A stretch of DNA of 64,000 bases from Lachnospiraceae bacterium. Its GTDB lineage: Bacteria > Bacillota > Clostridia > Lachnospirales > Lachnospiraceae. Positions within the stretch are counted from its first letter, which is position 1. The number at the start of each line of letters is the position of its first letter. The position numbers were made by a program, and so were the translations under genes. Below, in pieces: positions 28,617 to 39,915 of this stretch. The stretch is from assembly GCA_017456585.1 (NCBI GenBank), contig JAFTJD010000065.1, positions 626 through 64,625 on the forward strand, in the 5' to 3' direction. The notes under the pieces are model-generated. The model did not search any database and was not told where the DNA came from. It worked only from the letters and a program-made list of their open reading frames with translations.

Positions 28617-28641
28617 TGCGTATCCGTTTAATAGAAAAATA

Positions 28642-29709
<1,068 letters not shown>

Positions 29710-29728
29710 TTATATATATGTAACTCTG

Positions 29729-30226
29729 CTACTCACTCTTTAAGCAGTTATTACCTCTTTCAAGTGCTACCATACCTGTACGGCACATCTCAATTATGCC
29801 ATATGGCTTCATAAGCTCGATAAATGCCTGTATCTTTGAGCTCTCACCTGTAACTTCACAAATAAGTGATACAGCTGAATAGTCAATAATCTTACAGCGA
29901 AATACCTCTACCGCAGACATAATATCCTGTCTTGTTTCCGGTCTGTTCTCTACTTTTATAAGTAAGAGTTCTCTTGAAACTGATTCAGCCTTATCAAGAA
30001 CCTCAACCTCTTTAACATCATAAAGCTTAGCAAGCTGTCTGATAAGTTGCTTCTTCTCTGCTCTGTCACCCGTAAATGTAATTGTGATTCTTGAATAATC
30101 AAATGATTCTGTCTCACCTACCGCAAGACTATCGATATTAAAACCTCTTCTTGTGAACATGCTTGATACTCTTGTAAGCACACCTGATACATTAGACACA
30201 AGAATTGCTATAACAAACTTCTCCAT
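29729..30226 (-). CDS. ilvN: acetolactate synthase small (regulatory) subunit
   Basis: 165 aa with an ACT domain (VSNVSGVLTRVSSMFTRRGFNIDSL). Confidence 0.9.
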   Translation of the reverse strand: MEKFVIAILVSNVSGVLTRVSSMFTRRGFNIDSLAVGETESFDYSRITITFTGDRAEKKQLIRQLAKLYDVKEVEVLDKAESVSRELLLIKVENRPETRQDIMSAVEVFRCKIIDYSAVSLICEVTGESSKIQAFIELMKPYGIIEMCRTGMVALERGNNCLKSE

Positions 30227-30228
30227 AT

Positions 30229-31902
30229 TTATGCCTCCACTTCCACATTAGTAATGATATCGTCAATAGAGCCACCCGGAGGAAGCATAGGAAGAACGAA
30301 TTCATCCGGATTAACAATACAATCAATAACTACCGGACCGTTCTCCTTGTAAGCCTTTGCAAATGCATCCTTAAGTTCATCACATGTTGTAACTCTCACG
30401 CCCTTAGCTCCGAATGCTTCTGCAAGCTTAACAAAATCTGTCTGTCTGTTAAGTGTTGTATTAGAATAATGCTTGTTAAAGAAAAGTGTCTGCCACTGTC
30501 TAACCATACCAAGCACACCATTATTCATAATTACTACTACCATAGGTACATTGAATGAAACGGCTGTCGCAAGCTCATTAAGATTCATTCCAAAGCTTCC
30601 GTCACCTGTAACAAGAACAGTTCTTTCACCTGAACCCATCTGTGCACCGATAGCTGCTCCCATACCAAATCCCATCGTTCCGAGACCACCGCTGGATACG
30701 AAAGTTCTTGGAGATTTAAACGGATATCTCTGTGCAGTCCACATCTGATGTTGACCTACATCTGTTGCAATAACTGTCTTAGGATCAGTCACGCTACTAA
30801 TTATATCAATGATATTATACGGTGTCAATGCTTCGCTCTTCTTAATGGTAGAGGCCTCTATCTCTTTAAGTTCTGCAGCTCTCGCCATCCATTCCGGATT
30901 CTTCTTTGGATCAATCATAGCAGTAAGTCTTGATACTGCATTTTTAACATCACCCGCAATTGATAAATCAACGGTGATATTCTTCTGAAGCTCTGAATTA
31001 TCTATATCTATATGTATAATCTTTGAATTAATTGCGAATCTTTCTTTCTTACCTGTTGCTCTGTCGCTAAATCTGGCACCTGCAACAATAATAACATCTG
31101 CTTCATCCTGTGCTATCGAAGATGCATAGTGTCCGTGCATACCCTGCATACCAAGAAATCGAGGATTATCAGTTGAAATTGCTGAAAGTCCCATCATACT
31201 TGAACCGATAACAGCATCCAATTTTTCAGCAAGAGCTTCTATCTCCCTTGTAGCTCCGCCTGCAATAATTCCACCACCGCAATAGATATATGGCTTCTTA
31301 GCATCTTTAAGAATCTCTGCAGCCTTTAACAACTTATCCTCAGAAGCTGCAAGCTTAGGATACGCCTCTACAACGTGACCTCTTTCATATTCACACTGTG
31401 CAACCTGAACATCCTTAGGTATATCAACAAGAACCGGACCCGGTCTTCCTGATTTAGCTATTCTAAACGCTTCTCTAAGTGTTTCTGCTAACTTAGTAAC
31501 GTCCTTAACAATAAAGTTATGTTTTGTTATCGGCATTGTAACACCTACAATGTCAACCTCTTGGAAACTATCACGACCGATAAGACTGCAAGGAACGTTT
31601 CCGGTAATTGCCACCATAGGAACTGAATCCAAATGAGCAGTCGCTATACCTGTAACAAGGTTAGTTGCTCCGGGGCCTGATGTTGCTATAACTACTCCGA
31701 CCTTTCCTGTTGCCCTCGCATATCCGTCAGCAGCATGGGATGCGCCCTGCTCATGTGCGGTAAGCACATGCTTTATCTGATCCTGATAATTGTAAAGCTC
31801 ATCAAACAAATTAATAACCTGACCACCCGGGTATCCGAATATTGTATCACAACCCTGTTCAATCAAGGTTTCCATAACTATCTTTGAACCTGATATCTTC
31901 AT
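30229..31902 (-). CDS. ilvB: acetolactate synthase large subunit
   Basis: 557 aa, ThDP enzyme (GYPGG, TSGPGATN, GLGTMGFG, GDGSF..N..EL). Confidence 0.95.
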   Translation of the reverse strand: MKISGSKIVMETLIEQGCDTIFGYPGGQVINLFDELYNYQDQIKHVLTAHEQGASHAADGYARATGKVGVVIATSGPGATNLVTGIATAHLDSVPMVAITGNVPCSLIGRDSFQEVDIVGVTMPITKHNFIVKDVTKLAETLREAFRIAKSGRPGPVLVDIPKDVQVAQCEYERGHVVEAYPKLAASEDKLLKAAEILKDAKKPYIYCGGGIIAGGATREIEALAEKLDAVIGSSMMGLSAISTDNPRFLGMQGMHGHYASSIAQDEADVIIVAGARFSDRATGKKERFAINSKIIHIDIDNSELQKNITVDLSIAGDVKNAVSRLTAMIDPKKNPEWMARAAELKEIEASTIKKSEALTPYNIIDIISSVTDPKTVIATDVGQHQMWTAQRYPFKSPRTFVSSGGLGTMGFGMGAAIGAQMGSGERTVLVTGDGSFGMNLNELATAVSFNVPMVVVIMNNGVLGMVRQWQTLFFNKHYSNTTLNRQTDFVKLAEAFGAKGVRVTTCDELKDAFAKAYKENGPVVIDCIVNPDEFVLPMLPPGGSIDDIITNVEVEA

Positions 31903-31936
31903 ATTATTTATAACCAGCCTTTCTTATCTGCATTCA

Positions 31937-33598
31937 TTATTTTGCAAGCATCACATTAATCGCACTGACAAGTGCTTTAGCTGAAGAAGTAAGAATATCC
32001 GTATCAATTCCTGTTCCCCAGAACTTATTACCATTCTGGTCTGATATTCCGACATAAGATACAGCTTCTGCCGCCGTACTTTCTTTAAGTGCATGCTCTG
32101 TGTATGTTTCAAGGGTATATTTAATACCTATGCCTTCTTTAATTGCATTACTTATTGCATCAAGACGACCATTACCGTTTGCCATCTTCACGATGGTTTT
32201 ACCATTGTAATCCATTGTAATCTCTGCCTTGATACCTTCACCCTGCACAAAATGAGAATCGTCCATCTTGAGCGGTGTCTCAATATTCACATATGTATCC
32301 ATGAACATATTATATACTTCATCCGGAAGCATTTCTTTGTGCATATGATCAGAAACACTCTTAACCTGATATCCAAATGCTTCTCGCATCTTAGGCGGCA
32401 AATTGAAGCCATACTTTGTTTCGAGAAGGTATCCGATACCACCCTTACCTGACTGACTGTTAATTCTGATAACATCTGCCTCGTAGACTCGACCAACATC
32501 TGTAGGATCAATTGGAAGATAAGGAACTGTCCAATGTTCACAATTCTTCTCTTCTCTCCACTTCATGCCCTTAGCAATTGCATCCTGATGTGACCCGCTA
32601 AATGCAGCGAATACAAGCTGACCGCTATACGGCTGACGCTCGTAGACGTGCATCCTGGTGACTCGTTCGTATACCTCGGTAATTTCGGGAAGATTACTAA
32701 AATCAAGTTCAGGATCAACGCCCTGTGAGAACATATTCATACCAAGTGTAACTATATCAACATTACCTGTACGCTCGCCGTTACCAAATAATGTTCCCTC
32801 AATTCTATCAGCACCTGCAAGAAGTCCCATCTCACTATCTGCTACTGCACAACCTCTGTCATTATGAGGATGAAGCGAAATTATGACGTTCTCTCTATTA
32901 TTAATGTTTTCACACATATATTCTACCTGATTAGCATAAACATGCGGCATTGAATGTGATACCGTTACAGGAAGATTAATTATAACCTTATCCTCAGGTG
33001 TAGGCTGCCACACATCAATAACAGCATTACATATCTCAAGTGCATATTCCGGTTCAGTTCCTGTAAAGCTCTCCGGTGAATATTCAAATTTGAAATTGCC
33101 TTCTGTTTTATTACGATATTCCTTGCAAAGCTTTGCTCCGAATATTGCGATATCGATTATCTCCTCCTTGCTCTTCTTAAATACCTGTTCTCTCTGAGCA
33201 AGTGAAGTAGAATTATATAAATGAACTATCGCATTCTTTGCACCCTTAAGAGCTTCAAATGTCTTAGCAATGATATGCTCTCTTGACTGTGTAAGTACCT
33301 GAATGGTTACATCATCCGGAATCATATTATTCTCTATAAGAGTTCTACAGAATTCGTATTCTGTCTCGCTTGCAGCCGGAAATCCGATTTCAATCTCTTT
33401 AAAACCAACTTTCACAAGAAAGCTAAAGAACTCAAGTTTCTCTTCAAGGCTCATCGGAATGATTAATGCCTGATTACCATCTCGCAAATCAACACTACAC
33501 CATTGTGGTGCTTTTTCAATATAAGATTTCTGTGTCCATTTCATTGAAGTCTTAGGCGCTTCAAAATACTGTTTTGTATACTTTTCAAAATTCTTCAC
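31937..33598 (-). CDS. leuA: 2-isopropylmalate synthase (long form)
   Basis: 553 aa with DLRDGNQA, HPHNDRG, and a C-terminal LeuA dimerisation/regulatory domain. Confidence 0.9.
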   Translation of the reverse strand: MKNFEKYTKQYFEAPKTSMKWTQKSYIEKAPQWCSVDLRDGNQALIIPMSLEEKLEFFSFLVKVGFKEIEIGFPAASETEYEFCRTLIENNMIPDDVTIQVLTQSREHIIAKTFEALKGAKNAIVHLYNSTSLAQREQVFKKSKEEIIDIAIFGAKLCKEYRNKTEGNFKFEYSPESFTGTEPEYALEICNAVIDVWQPTPEDKVIINLPVTVSHSMPHVYANQVEYMCENINNRENVIISLHPHNDRGCAVADSEMGLLAGADRIEGTLFGNGERTGNVDIVTLGMNMFSQGVDPELDFSNLPEITEVYERVTRMHVYERQPYSGQLVFAAFSGSHQDAIAKGMKWREEKNCEHWTVPYLPIDPTDVGRVYEADVIRINSQSGKGGIGYLLETKYGFNLPPKMREAFGYQVKSVSDHMHKEMLPDEVYNMFMDTYVNIETPLKMDDSHFVQGEGIKAEITMDYNGKTIVKMANGNGRLDAISNAIKEGIGIKYTLETYTEHALKESTAAEAVSYVGISDQNGNKFWGTGIDTDILTSSAKALVSAINVMLAK

Positions 33599-33664
33599 AG
33601 CAAAGAGTCCTCACTTTCATAGTCAAATTATTCTAATATTATGTAAACTTGTTATCAGCAAAAG

Positions 33665-33946
33665 GGAATAAAAAAAGCCCCCCTTATGCTATTGCATAAA
33701 AGAGACGAAGAAGTTCTACTCCGTGGTACCACTCTTTATTGACATATACATGCCCACTCACGCATCATCAAATAATGTGCCTCTCTGTAACGGGAGAAAA
33801 CCGTTCCAACCTACTTTGCATAAGAAAATGCGGTTCAGCCGACTGCTCCGGGAGGAGTTTACTTACCCTGTTTTACCACCTTACACCGGCCGGTGGCTCT
33901 CTGCGAAAACAAAAATAAGTTTTAGTTCCCTTCATTGCATTTATTG
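33665..33946 (-). promoter_or_regulatory. T-box leader (probable Leu specifier) with terminator
   Basis: On the minus strand: stem-I-like AGAGAG...GGUG; AGUA followed by AACUC (CUC = complement of 33855-33857); T-box sequence AAAGAGUGGUACCACGG (33721-33738); terminator CUCUUUUAUGC-AAUA-GCAUAAGGGGG plus U7 (33670-33706). Confidence 0.8.
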
Positions 33947-33952
33947 TGTAAT

Positions 33953-33981
33953 ATCTTAACCCGACATTTTAGATTTGTCAA
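33953..33981 (-). promoter_or_regulatory. sigma-A-type promoter TTGACA-17-TAAGAT for the leu/ilv operon
   Basis: -35 at 33981-33976, -10 at 33958-33953, directly upstream of the T-box leader. Confidence 0.55.
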
Positions 33982-34039
33982 GCGAATTTTAAATTATTTT
34001 TAAGATATTTACAAGTTACTTTTTGGTTACATTTTTACA

Positions 34040-34094
34040 CGACAACAGAGGGCTAAAGACTCACAAGCAAGCTTGTGTCTCCAACCCCCTGTCG
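34040..34094 (-). terminator. long imperfect hairpin downstream of the MCP gene
   Basis: cgacaacagaggg...agactcacaagc / gcttgtgtct...ccccctgtcg. The U-tract is weak. Confidence 0.35.
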
Positions 34095-34130
34095 CTGTAT
34101 GAAATTGCTCCGCGCTTTCACTTAACGGAC

Positions 34131-35609
34131 TTATTTCTGAATATTCTTAAGTTCCTGTGCAAGTTCATAGATATTGGTAAGATTCTCTGCACACTGATTC
34201 ATGTTATCAACTGAAACTTCTGCAGTCTTAGCACCTTCTGTAGACGCTGCAGCTATCTCCTCACTTACTGATGAAAGATGGCTGATACTATCAGATATGG
34301 TCTCTGTTGCGCCCATGATATCGCGCATTCCTACCTCTGTCTTTCTAATATTATCATTGAGAATAACCATAGCATCATTTATATCTTCAAAACGCTTACG
34401 TGTGTTCTCAATCATTTCATTTTGTTTCTTTACAGATTCAACTGAATTGATGATACTTTCTTTTGCAAGCTCTGTATCAGAATTAAGCTGGCTGATTATG
34501 CTCGTGATATTATTTGAAGCCTCCTTAGTCTGTTCCGAAAGTCCTCTGATTTCTTCAGCAACTACCGCAAATCCTCTACCCGCATCGCCTGCACGAGCCG
34601 CCTCAATAGATGCGTTAAGTGCCAAAAGATTAGTTTGACTTGAAATACTAAGTATAGTACCAACGAATTTCTCAACTTCACTAACCTGTGTAGCAAGCAT
34701 CTCTATAACCCTTACTGTTTCATTACTTGCTGCAGTAACATTATCTGCTTGATTCTTAAGTGCAACTATCTCCTCTGTACCCTCTTTTAATGTCTTATTA
34801 GTCATATCTGACGCAGCAAGCATCTTAGTAATACTATCTTCCGTCTCATTACTAATCTCCTGGATGTTAGCACATACTTCAGCTTCCCTCTGAATAGATT
34901 CAGCGGTACTTTCTGTACTCTCAGCAATGTTATTCATCGCAAAACTGCTGGCATCTACCGCAGCCTTAAGGTTCTGTATATTACTCTGTGTATTATCAAA
35001 ATTGACTGCAATCGCATCTGCAACTTCATGCATCTTCTTATTGACGAGTTCCTGCTCTCGAGCTTTCTCTGTTACAGTCTCTATATTCTCTTCATTAAAT
35101 CTATGCAATACTTTACTCATAACCACTGCAGCAATAGCTACTATTGCAACTACAAACATGCTGATAAAAGCCTCAGACAAGAATGCATCTCCTCCTGTCG
35201 ATACCCTCATAAGAATTCGTATCACATTAGCTAAAACAACCACTGAAGATCCGCAGAACAAAAGTCTTGCATTCATATAAACCATAGCTGCTACCATTAT
35301 AGGAAATGCATATACATATGTACCACTGGTACTGTTAAGAATAGCCACTAGCGCATAAGCAAGTGCGCCACTTCCCATCATAGCTATACAACATAGCTTC
35401 GTTTCTCTCTTCATAATATATGCAACAGTACTTATTACTATAGACACGATAACTGCTGCAAGCTGTACCCAAACTCTCCATGTACCTGCACTCGCAAGAA
35501 CAGCTCCCACAAGCGTAAATGCGAAATAGCAAAACACCAACATCATCACTATGTACGCCACTTTGTTGGCTCTTCTGTACTGTCTTTCTGTTAAATTACT
35601 ACTTTCCAT
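34131..35609 (-). CDS. methyl-accepting chemotaxis protein (multi-TM N-terminus)
   Basis: Conserved signalling hairpin [33 protein letters not shown]. Start at ATG 35609 after GGAGGAG. Confidence 0.85.
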   Translation of the reverse strand: MESSNLTERQYRRANKVAYIVMMLVFCYFAFTLVGAVLASAGTWRVWVQLAAVIVSIVISTVAYIMKRETKLCCIAMMGSGALAYALVAILNSTSGTYVYAFPIMVAAMVYMNARLLFCGSSVVVLANVIRILMRVSTGGDAFLSEAFISMFVVAIVAIAAVVMSKVLHRFNEENIETVTEKAREQELVNKKMHEVADAIAVNFDNTQSNIQNLKAAVDASSFAMNNIAESTESTAESIQREAEVCANIQEISNETEDSITKMLAASDMTNKTLKEGTEEIVALKNQADNVTAASNETVRVIEMLATQVSEVEKFVGTILSISSQTNLLALNASIEAARAGDAGRGFAVVAEEIRGLSEQTKEASNNITSIISQLNSDTELAKESIINSVESVKKQNEMIENTRKRFEDINDAMVILNDNIRKTEVGMRDIMGATETISDSISHLSSVSEEIAAASTEGAKTAEVSVDNMNQCAENLTNIYELAQELKNIQK

Positions 35610-35821
35610 AATCTCTCCTCCATCATTTCTGTATATTATAGTCAAAGCGCTTTCCTAACCACAATAATGTTTCACACTTTGATAAATTATACCATACTAT
35701 TCAAAATTTTAAAAGTCTTTAGGAACAAATTTTCACATTTTTCGACCCATCACATTACAATTTACTATCACATAAACTGTAACAAAAAAATAAACAAGAA
35801 GATCTTTAATCATATTCTGAT

Positions 35822-35850
35822 TTGACACTCGTGTCACTTGGCACTATAAT
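35822..35850 (+). promoter_or_regulatory. perfect-consensus sigma-A promoter TTGACA-17-TATAAT
   Basis: ttgaca 35822-35827, 17-nt spacer, tataat 35845-35850. Lies 135 nt upstream of the TrmH-family gene. Confidence 0.6.
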
Positions 35851-35876
35851 ATTTCTATATTGTTTAAAGCAGATTC

Positions 35877-35942
35877 ACTATTTACTTACAACAAATTTAC
35901 TATTTACTTGCAGCAAATTTACTGCTTGCTACAAGCAAACTA
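35877..35942 (+). repeat. 22-bp direct repeat, 2 good copies plus 1 degenerate
   Basis: actatttacttacaacaaattt / actatttacttgcagcaaattt / actgcttgctacaagcaaacta, inside the predicted 5' UTR. Confidence 0.8.
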
Positions 35943-35985
35943 ATCTGAAATAATCTATGTTTACAAAGAACAAGAGGATACACCG

Positions 35986-36831
35986 ATGCCTAATATAATT
36001 GAAATAACCAATTTCGACGCAACTGAACTAGATGTATATGCCAGACTTAGCGAAGGCCAGCTTCTTAATCGTCATGAACCTGATAAAGGTCTCTTCATCG
36101 CTGAGAGTCCCAAGGTCATAGAACGTGCACTGGATGCCGGATACGAACCGGTTTCTCTTTTATTAGAGAAAAAGCATGTCACAGGCGAAGCCAAAAAAAT
36201 AATCGAACGCATAGGCAATATTCCCGTCTATACATCCGATTTTGATATTCTTACAAATCTCACAGGCTTTCAGCTAACCAGAGGAGCCCTATGTGCCATG
36301 AAACGACCGCATACGCTGCCAAAAGTTAAAGACATATGCGCAAGTGCCCGCCGTATAGCCATACTTGAGAACGTAATGAATCCCACCAATGTCGGCGCCA
36401 TATTCCGTTCAGCTGCAGCACTCGGCATGGATGCTGTTATTCTTACTCCGTCGTGCAGTAATCCCCTGTATCGCCGCTCCATAAGAGTCAGCATGGGAAC
36501 AGTCTTTCAAATTCCATGGACCTATATCGGAGAAACCGATTCCGATTGTTGGCCTCACCCCGGCATAAACATTCTTAAAGAATTAGGGTTCAAGACAGTT
36601 GCCATGGCATTAAATGACAATTCCGTAAACATTAACGACCCTGCACTTATGTCAGAGGATAAGCTCGCCATCATTCTCGGAACAGAAGGCGATGGTTTAG
36701 CCGAAAATACTATAGCTAATTGCGATTACACAGTCCGCATCCCAATGTCGCACGGAGTAGATTCTCTTAATGTAGCTGCAGCAAGTGCCGTAGCATTCTG
36801 GCAGCTTGGCAATACTCAATTGCCCGTTTAA
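35986..36831 (+). CDS. TrmH/SpoU-family RNA 2'-O-methyltransferase
   Basis: 281 aa with SpoU motifs (NPTNVGAIFRSAAALG, ILGTEGDGL, IPMSHGVDSLNVAAASAV). Confidence 0.85.
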   Translation: MPNIIEITNFDATELDVYARLSEGQLLNRHEPDKGLFIAESPKVIERALDAGYEPVSLLLEKKHVTGEAKKIIERIGNIPVYTSDFDILTNLTGFQLTRGALCAMKRPHTLPKVKDICASARRIAILENVMNPTNVGAIFRSAAALGMDAVILTPSCSNPLYRRSIRVSMGTVFQIPWTYIGETDSDCWPHPGINILKELGFKTVAMALNDNSVNINDPALMSEDKLAIILGTEGDGLAENTIANCDYTVRIPMSHGVDSLNVAAASAVAFWQLGNTQLPV

Positions 36832-36856
36832 TAATTCGCAGCTTTCAAAACCTTAA

Positions 36857-37282
36857 CTATTCTTCACGGTAGGAATTTTGCGCCAAATCCATTAAAGTTT
36901 GATAGAATTCCGGAAGATCTTTGTTTAGTCGCATAGGTCTTCCGTTTTTGTCAAGGAAGCAATGCTCCGAATGAGCTATACATACCACCTTACCTTTTTC
37001 ATTTTTCATCTCATACTTAAGTCTTAACTTAACTCCCTTAAATTCTTCAACAGATACCTCTATTACGACATTCTCTGCAAAAACCGTAGTCGCCTTGTAT
37101 TTGCAACTAACTTCTGTTACAGGTGATATTACTCCACTCTCCTCAAGCTTAGCATAATCCCAACCAATCTTCTTAAGGAAATCAACACGTGCCTCTTCCA
37201 TCCATCTTATATAATTGGAATGATGCGTAATTCCCATTTTATCCGTTTCATAGTAATGCACGGTATGCTTATACAAATTCAT
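36857..37282 (-). CDS. hotdog-fold acyl-CoA thioesterase (YbgC/4HBT-like)
   Basis: 141 aa with VHYYETDKMGITHHSNY, typical of 4HBT thioesterases. Confidence 0.75.
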   Translation of the reverse strand: MNLYKHTVHYYETDKMGITHHSNYIRWMEEARVDFLKKIGWDYAKLEESGVISPVTEVSCKYKATTVFAENVVIEVSVEEFKGVKLRLKYEMKNEKGKVVCIAHSEHCFLDKNGRPMRLNKDLPEFYQTLMDLAQNSYREE

Positions 37283-37389
37283 AATACTTAATCCTTCTTT
37301 CTTGTACTTTATAAATTTAAATGTCTATATTTCCCATGCAATTCCACGCAATAACAGGGCATAATTTTATCAGATAAAGGAGCAATGTC

Positions 37390-38055
37390 ATGGAAATAAT
37401 AAAAATATTTTTAACTACATTTTTATCGGTTATATCCTTATTCATCATAGCCAAAGCAATGGGCCATAAACAAATGGCACAGCTTGACTTCTTCGACTAT
37501 ATAACAGGAATAACCATCGGTTCAATTGCCTCGGAGCTAGCAATTAATAATGAATCTCCTTGGAAGCCGCTTATCGCCTTGATAATATACGGCACCGTAT
37601 CCATAGCTTTAAGTATAATCACAAGTCACTACCCTCGTTCCCGTAAATATATCAACGGAACACCCACCATTATAATGAACAACGGCAACCTCTATCGCAA
37701 AAACATGAAAAAGGCACGTTTAGACTTAACTGAATTTATGGTTATGTGCAGACAGGAAGGATATTTCGACATCAACGATATCCAGACTGCAATCTTTGAA
37801 TATAACGGTAAACTCACTGTATTACCTAAAAGTGAGCACCGCCCTGTCACTCCTTCAGACATGAAGCTTACAGTAAAATCCGCCCACATCACCACTGAGG
37901 TAATTATGGACGGAAGAATTCTTCATGATAATCTTAACCGCATGGGCCTCGACATCAAATGGTTAGAGAAAGAACTTCATTCCCACGGATACAAAAGTGC
38001 CAAAGAAATATTCCTCGCCATATGCGATAAGGATAAAAAGTTATCTTTTTTCTGA
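37390..38055 (+). CDS. DUF421 (YetF-like) membrane protein
   Basis: 221 aa with an N-terminal TM region (GHKQMAQLDFFDYITGITIGSIA) and a C-terminal soluble domain. Confidence 0.8.
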   Translation: MEIIKIFLTTFLSVISLFIIAKAMGHKQMAQLDFFDYITGITIGSIASELAINNESPWKPLIALIIYGTVSIALSIITSHYPRSRKYINGTPTIIMNNGNLYRKNMKKARLDLTEFMVMCRQEGYFDINDIQTAIFEYNGKLTVLPKSEHRPVTPSDMKLTVKSAHITTEVIMDGRILHDNLNRMGLDIKWLEKELHSHGYKSAKEIFLAICDKDKKLSFF

Positions 38056-38079
38056 TAGATGCATCTCAGCTTTAAATTA

Positions 38080-39915
38080 TTAATGCATGTATAGATACGA
38101 CTCACATAATGCCTTATTCTTATCAGCCGCCAGCCTATCAGCTATAACTTTCACAGCAACAGAGGCACAATTATCTGTTTCCTTAAGCCATTCAATTAAC
38201 ACTTCATATCCTGTCACTGTTTTATCGTAATCAAGTCTCCAGAGGAAGAATTTAAGCTCTGTAAGTAACATCTTCATATCATCTATGTTGCCAAATGCTC
38301 CGAACCCCTTCTTAACCTTTGAAGCCTTTTCTTCAAGGAGTATCTTACCTATCAAGGCCAAATAACGCATGTTTGTATCTCTTCGCCCTGCGTTTTCAAG
38401 ATCATTAATCATATCCAAGGCCTCTTTAATCTTCCCTGCCTCAAAGATTTTCCTTAGCTTAGGATAATATTCTGCCGCCTCTCTGGCATTCGTCATAGTA
38501 GTCAAATTAATCTTAGACTCTACATATCTATAACCAAATCTTGCATATTCATTACAGAATAACTGTCTGTAATAATCATACTTTCCAAGCTTAGAAAGCC
38601 CGCAATCATGCATGCACCATGCACTACTCTGCGCAAGAACGCCCACCTTATGCCCAGCCTTGGCAAATTCCATACACTGTGATATATCATAGTAATCAAA
38701 ACCATCAAATACATCCTCACGCCACGGCACATCATATTGTGTAATCATAATCATTCCATCAACTGCTATTACTTCTTCAAGCATAGCCGTAGGCTTACCA
38801 ACACAAAGTGTCTGCCCTGCATTGCAGGCAACGGTCATACCAACATTCCATTTATCCCAATAGCTACCGTCAATTGACATCTCCTTTGTTCCGAGAACGC
38901 CAACCAGACCATATCCGGGATTATTCTTAAACGTAGTTACAATCTCTTCTATAAAATTCTCATTAATAATAAATACATCCTGATGAAGATATACCTTGTA
39001 TTTAGCATCAGAGCTTTCCATCGCCGCATTGTATCCGGCTGTCATACTGTCAGCCTCAGCGATACTTATCACATCCGTCTCCATGCCATCCGGCACCTTT
39101 AATGCAGATATATAATCATTACATTCGCCAAGATATCTCTCATTGTTATAGCATATAACAAAAGCTATCTTATTCTCATTAAGTTCTCCTGCATTAAGAC
39201 CTTTTCCCGTCTTCTTAACTGCAGAATAATCATCAGCCTTCCAGCCCTTACAATACTCACCGTATTCTTCTACAAATATCTTTCGCCATGTATCATATGT
39301 TTCAAGGTTAAGTATATCGTTATCATGCAGACACCATGGCTTGTCCATGTACGGAACTGCAACCTGATAGCCCGCTTTCCAGAATTCAAGTGCCTGCGAA
39401 CAATCATAGAAATCCCAGCCTGTAAACAAATCCTCTCTCCAAGGTATATCATACTGCGTCGCCATCAAGAGACCGTCTATTACGATAACCGGCTGATATT
39501 CTCCAACTGCCTTAGCAAAAAAAGAATAGGTCATACTATTTATAAGGTCACCATAGATTTCACCGACTCTTCTGTGCATACCATCAGACCACGGACAGCA
39601 GTCCGGTGCAAGGCTGGTATTACCAACCATCCCAAGCATTCCTACTTCCGGATGCTTCTCGAACAAGTCAATCATCTCAATCAGCATATTCTTATTAATA
39701 AGAAGAACATCCTGATGAAGATATATCTTGTACTTTGCATCAGACGCATTCATCGCCTCGTTATAGCCCGATGTCATGCTTGTAGCATCACCTACTACCA
39801 ATGTTTCAACACTAAAGCCATCAGGCACCTTAAGCTGTTCTATATATAGCAGGCATTCTCCCGCTAACATTTCATCATTAGAGCACATTATAAAGCATAT
39901 CTTCTTATTGTCCAT
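38080..39915 (-). CDS. tandem-duplicated GT-A-like glycosyltransferase with C-terminal helical (TPR-like) domain
   Basis: 611 aa. Residues ~5-235 and ~247-470 are internal repeats (LKVPDG, SMT.GYN.AM..SDAKYK.YLHQDV, DG..M.TQYD.PWRED.F.G.D.YD.SQ). Confidence 0.7.
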   Translation of the reverse strand: MDNKKICFIMCSNDEMLAGECLLYIEQLKVPDGFSVETLVVGDATSMTSGYNEAMNASDAKYKIYLHQDVLLINKNMLIEMIDLFEKHPEVGMLGMVGNTSLAPDCCPWSDGMHRRVGEIYGDLINSMTYSFFAKAVGEYQPVIVIDGLLMATQYDIPWREDLFTGWDFYDCSQALEFWKAGYQVAVPYMDKPWCLHDNDILNLETYDTWRKIFVEEYGEYCKGWKADDYSAVKKTGKGLNAGELNENKIAFVICYNNERYLGECNDYISALKVPDGMETDVISIAEADSMTAGYNAAMESSDAKYKVYLHQDVFIINENFIEEIVTTFKNNPGYGLVGVLGTKEMSIDGSYWDKWNVGMTVACNAGQTLCVGKPTAMLEEVIAVDGMIMITQYDVPWREDVFDGFDYYDISQCMEFAKAGHKVGVLAQSSAWCMHDCGLSKLGKYDYYRQLFCNEYARFGYRYVESKINLTTMTNAREAAEYYPKLRKIFEAGKIKEALDMINDLENAGRRDTNMRYLALIGKILLEEKASKVKKGFGAFGNIDDMKMLLTELKFFLWRLDYDKTVTGYEVLIEWLKETDNCASVAVKVIADRLAADKNKALCESYLYMH

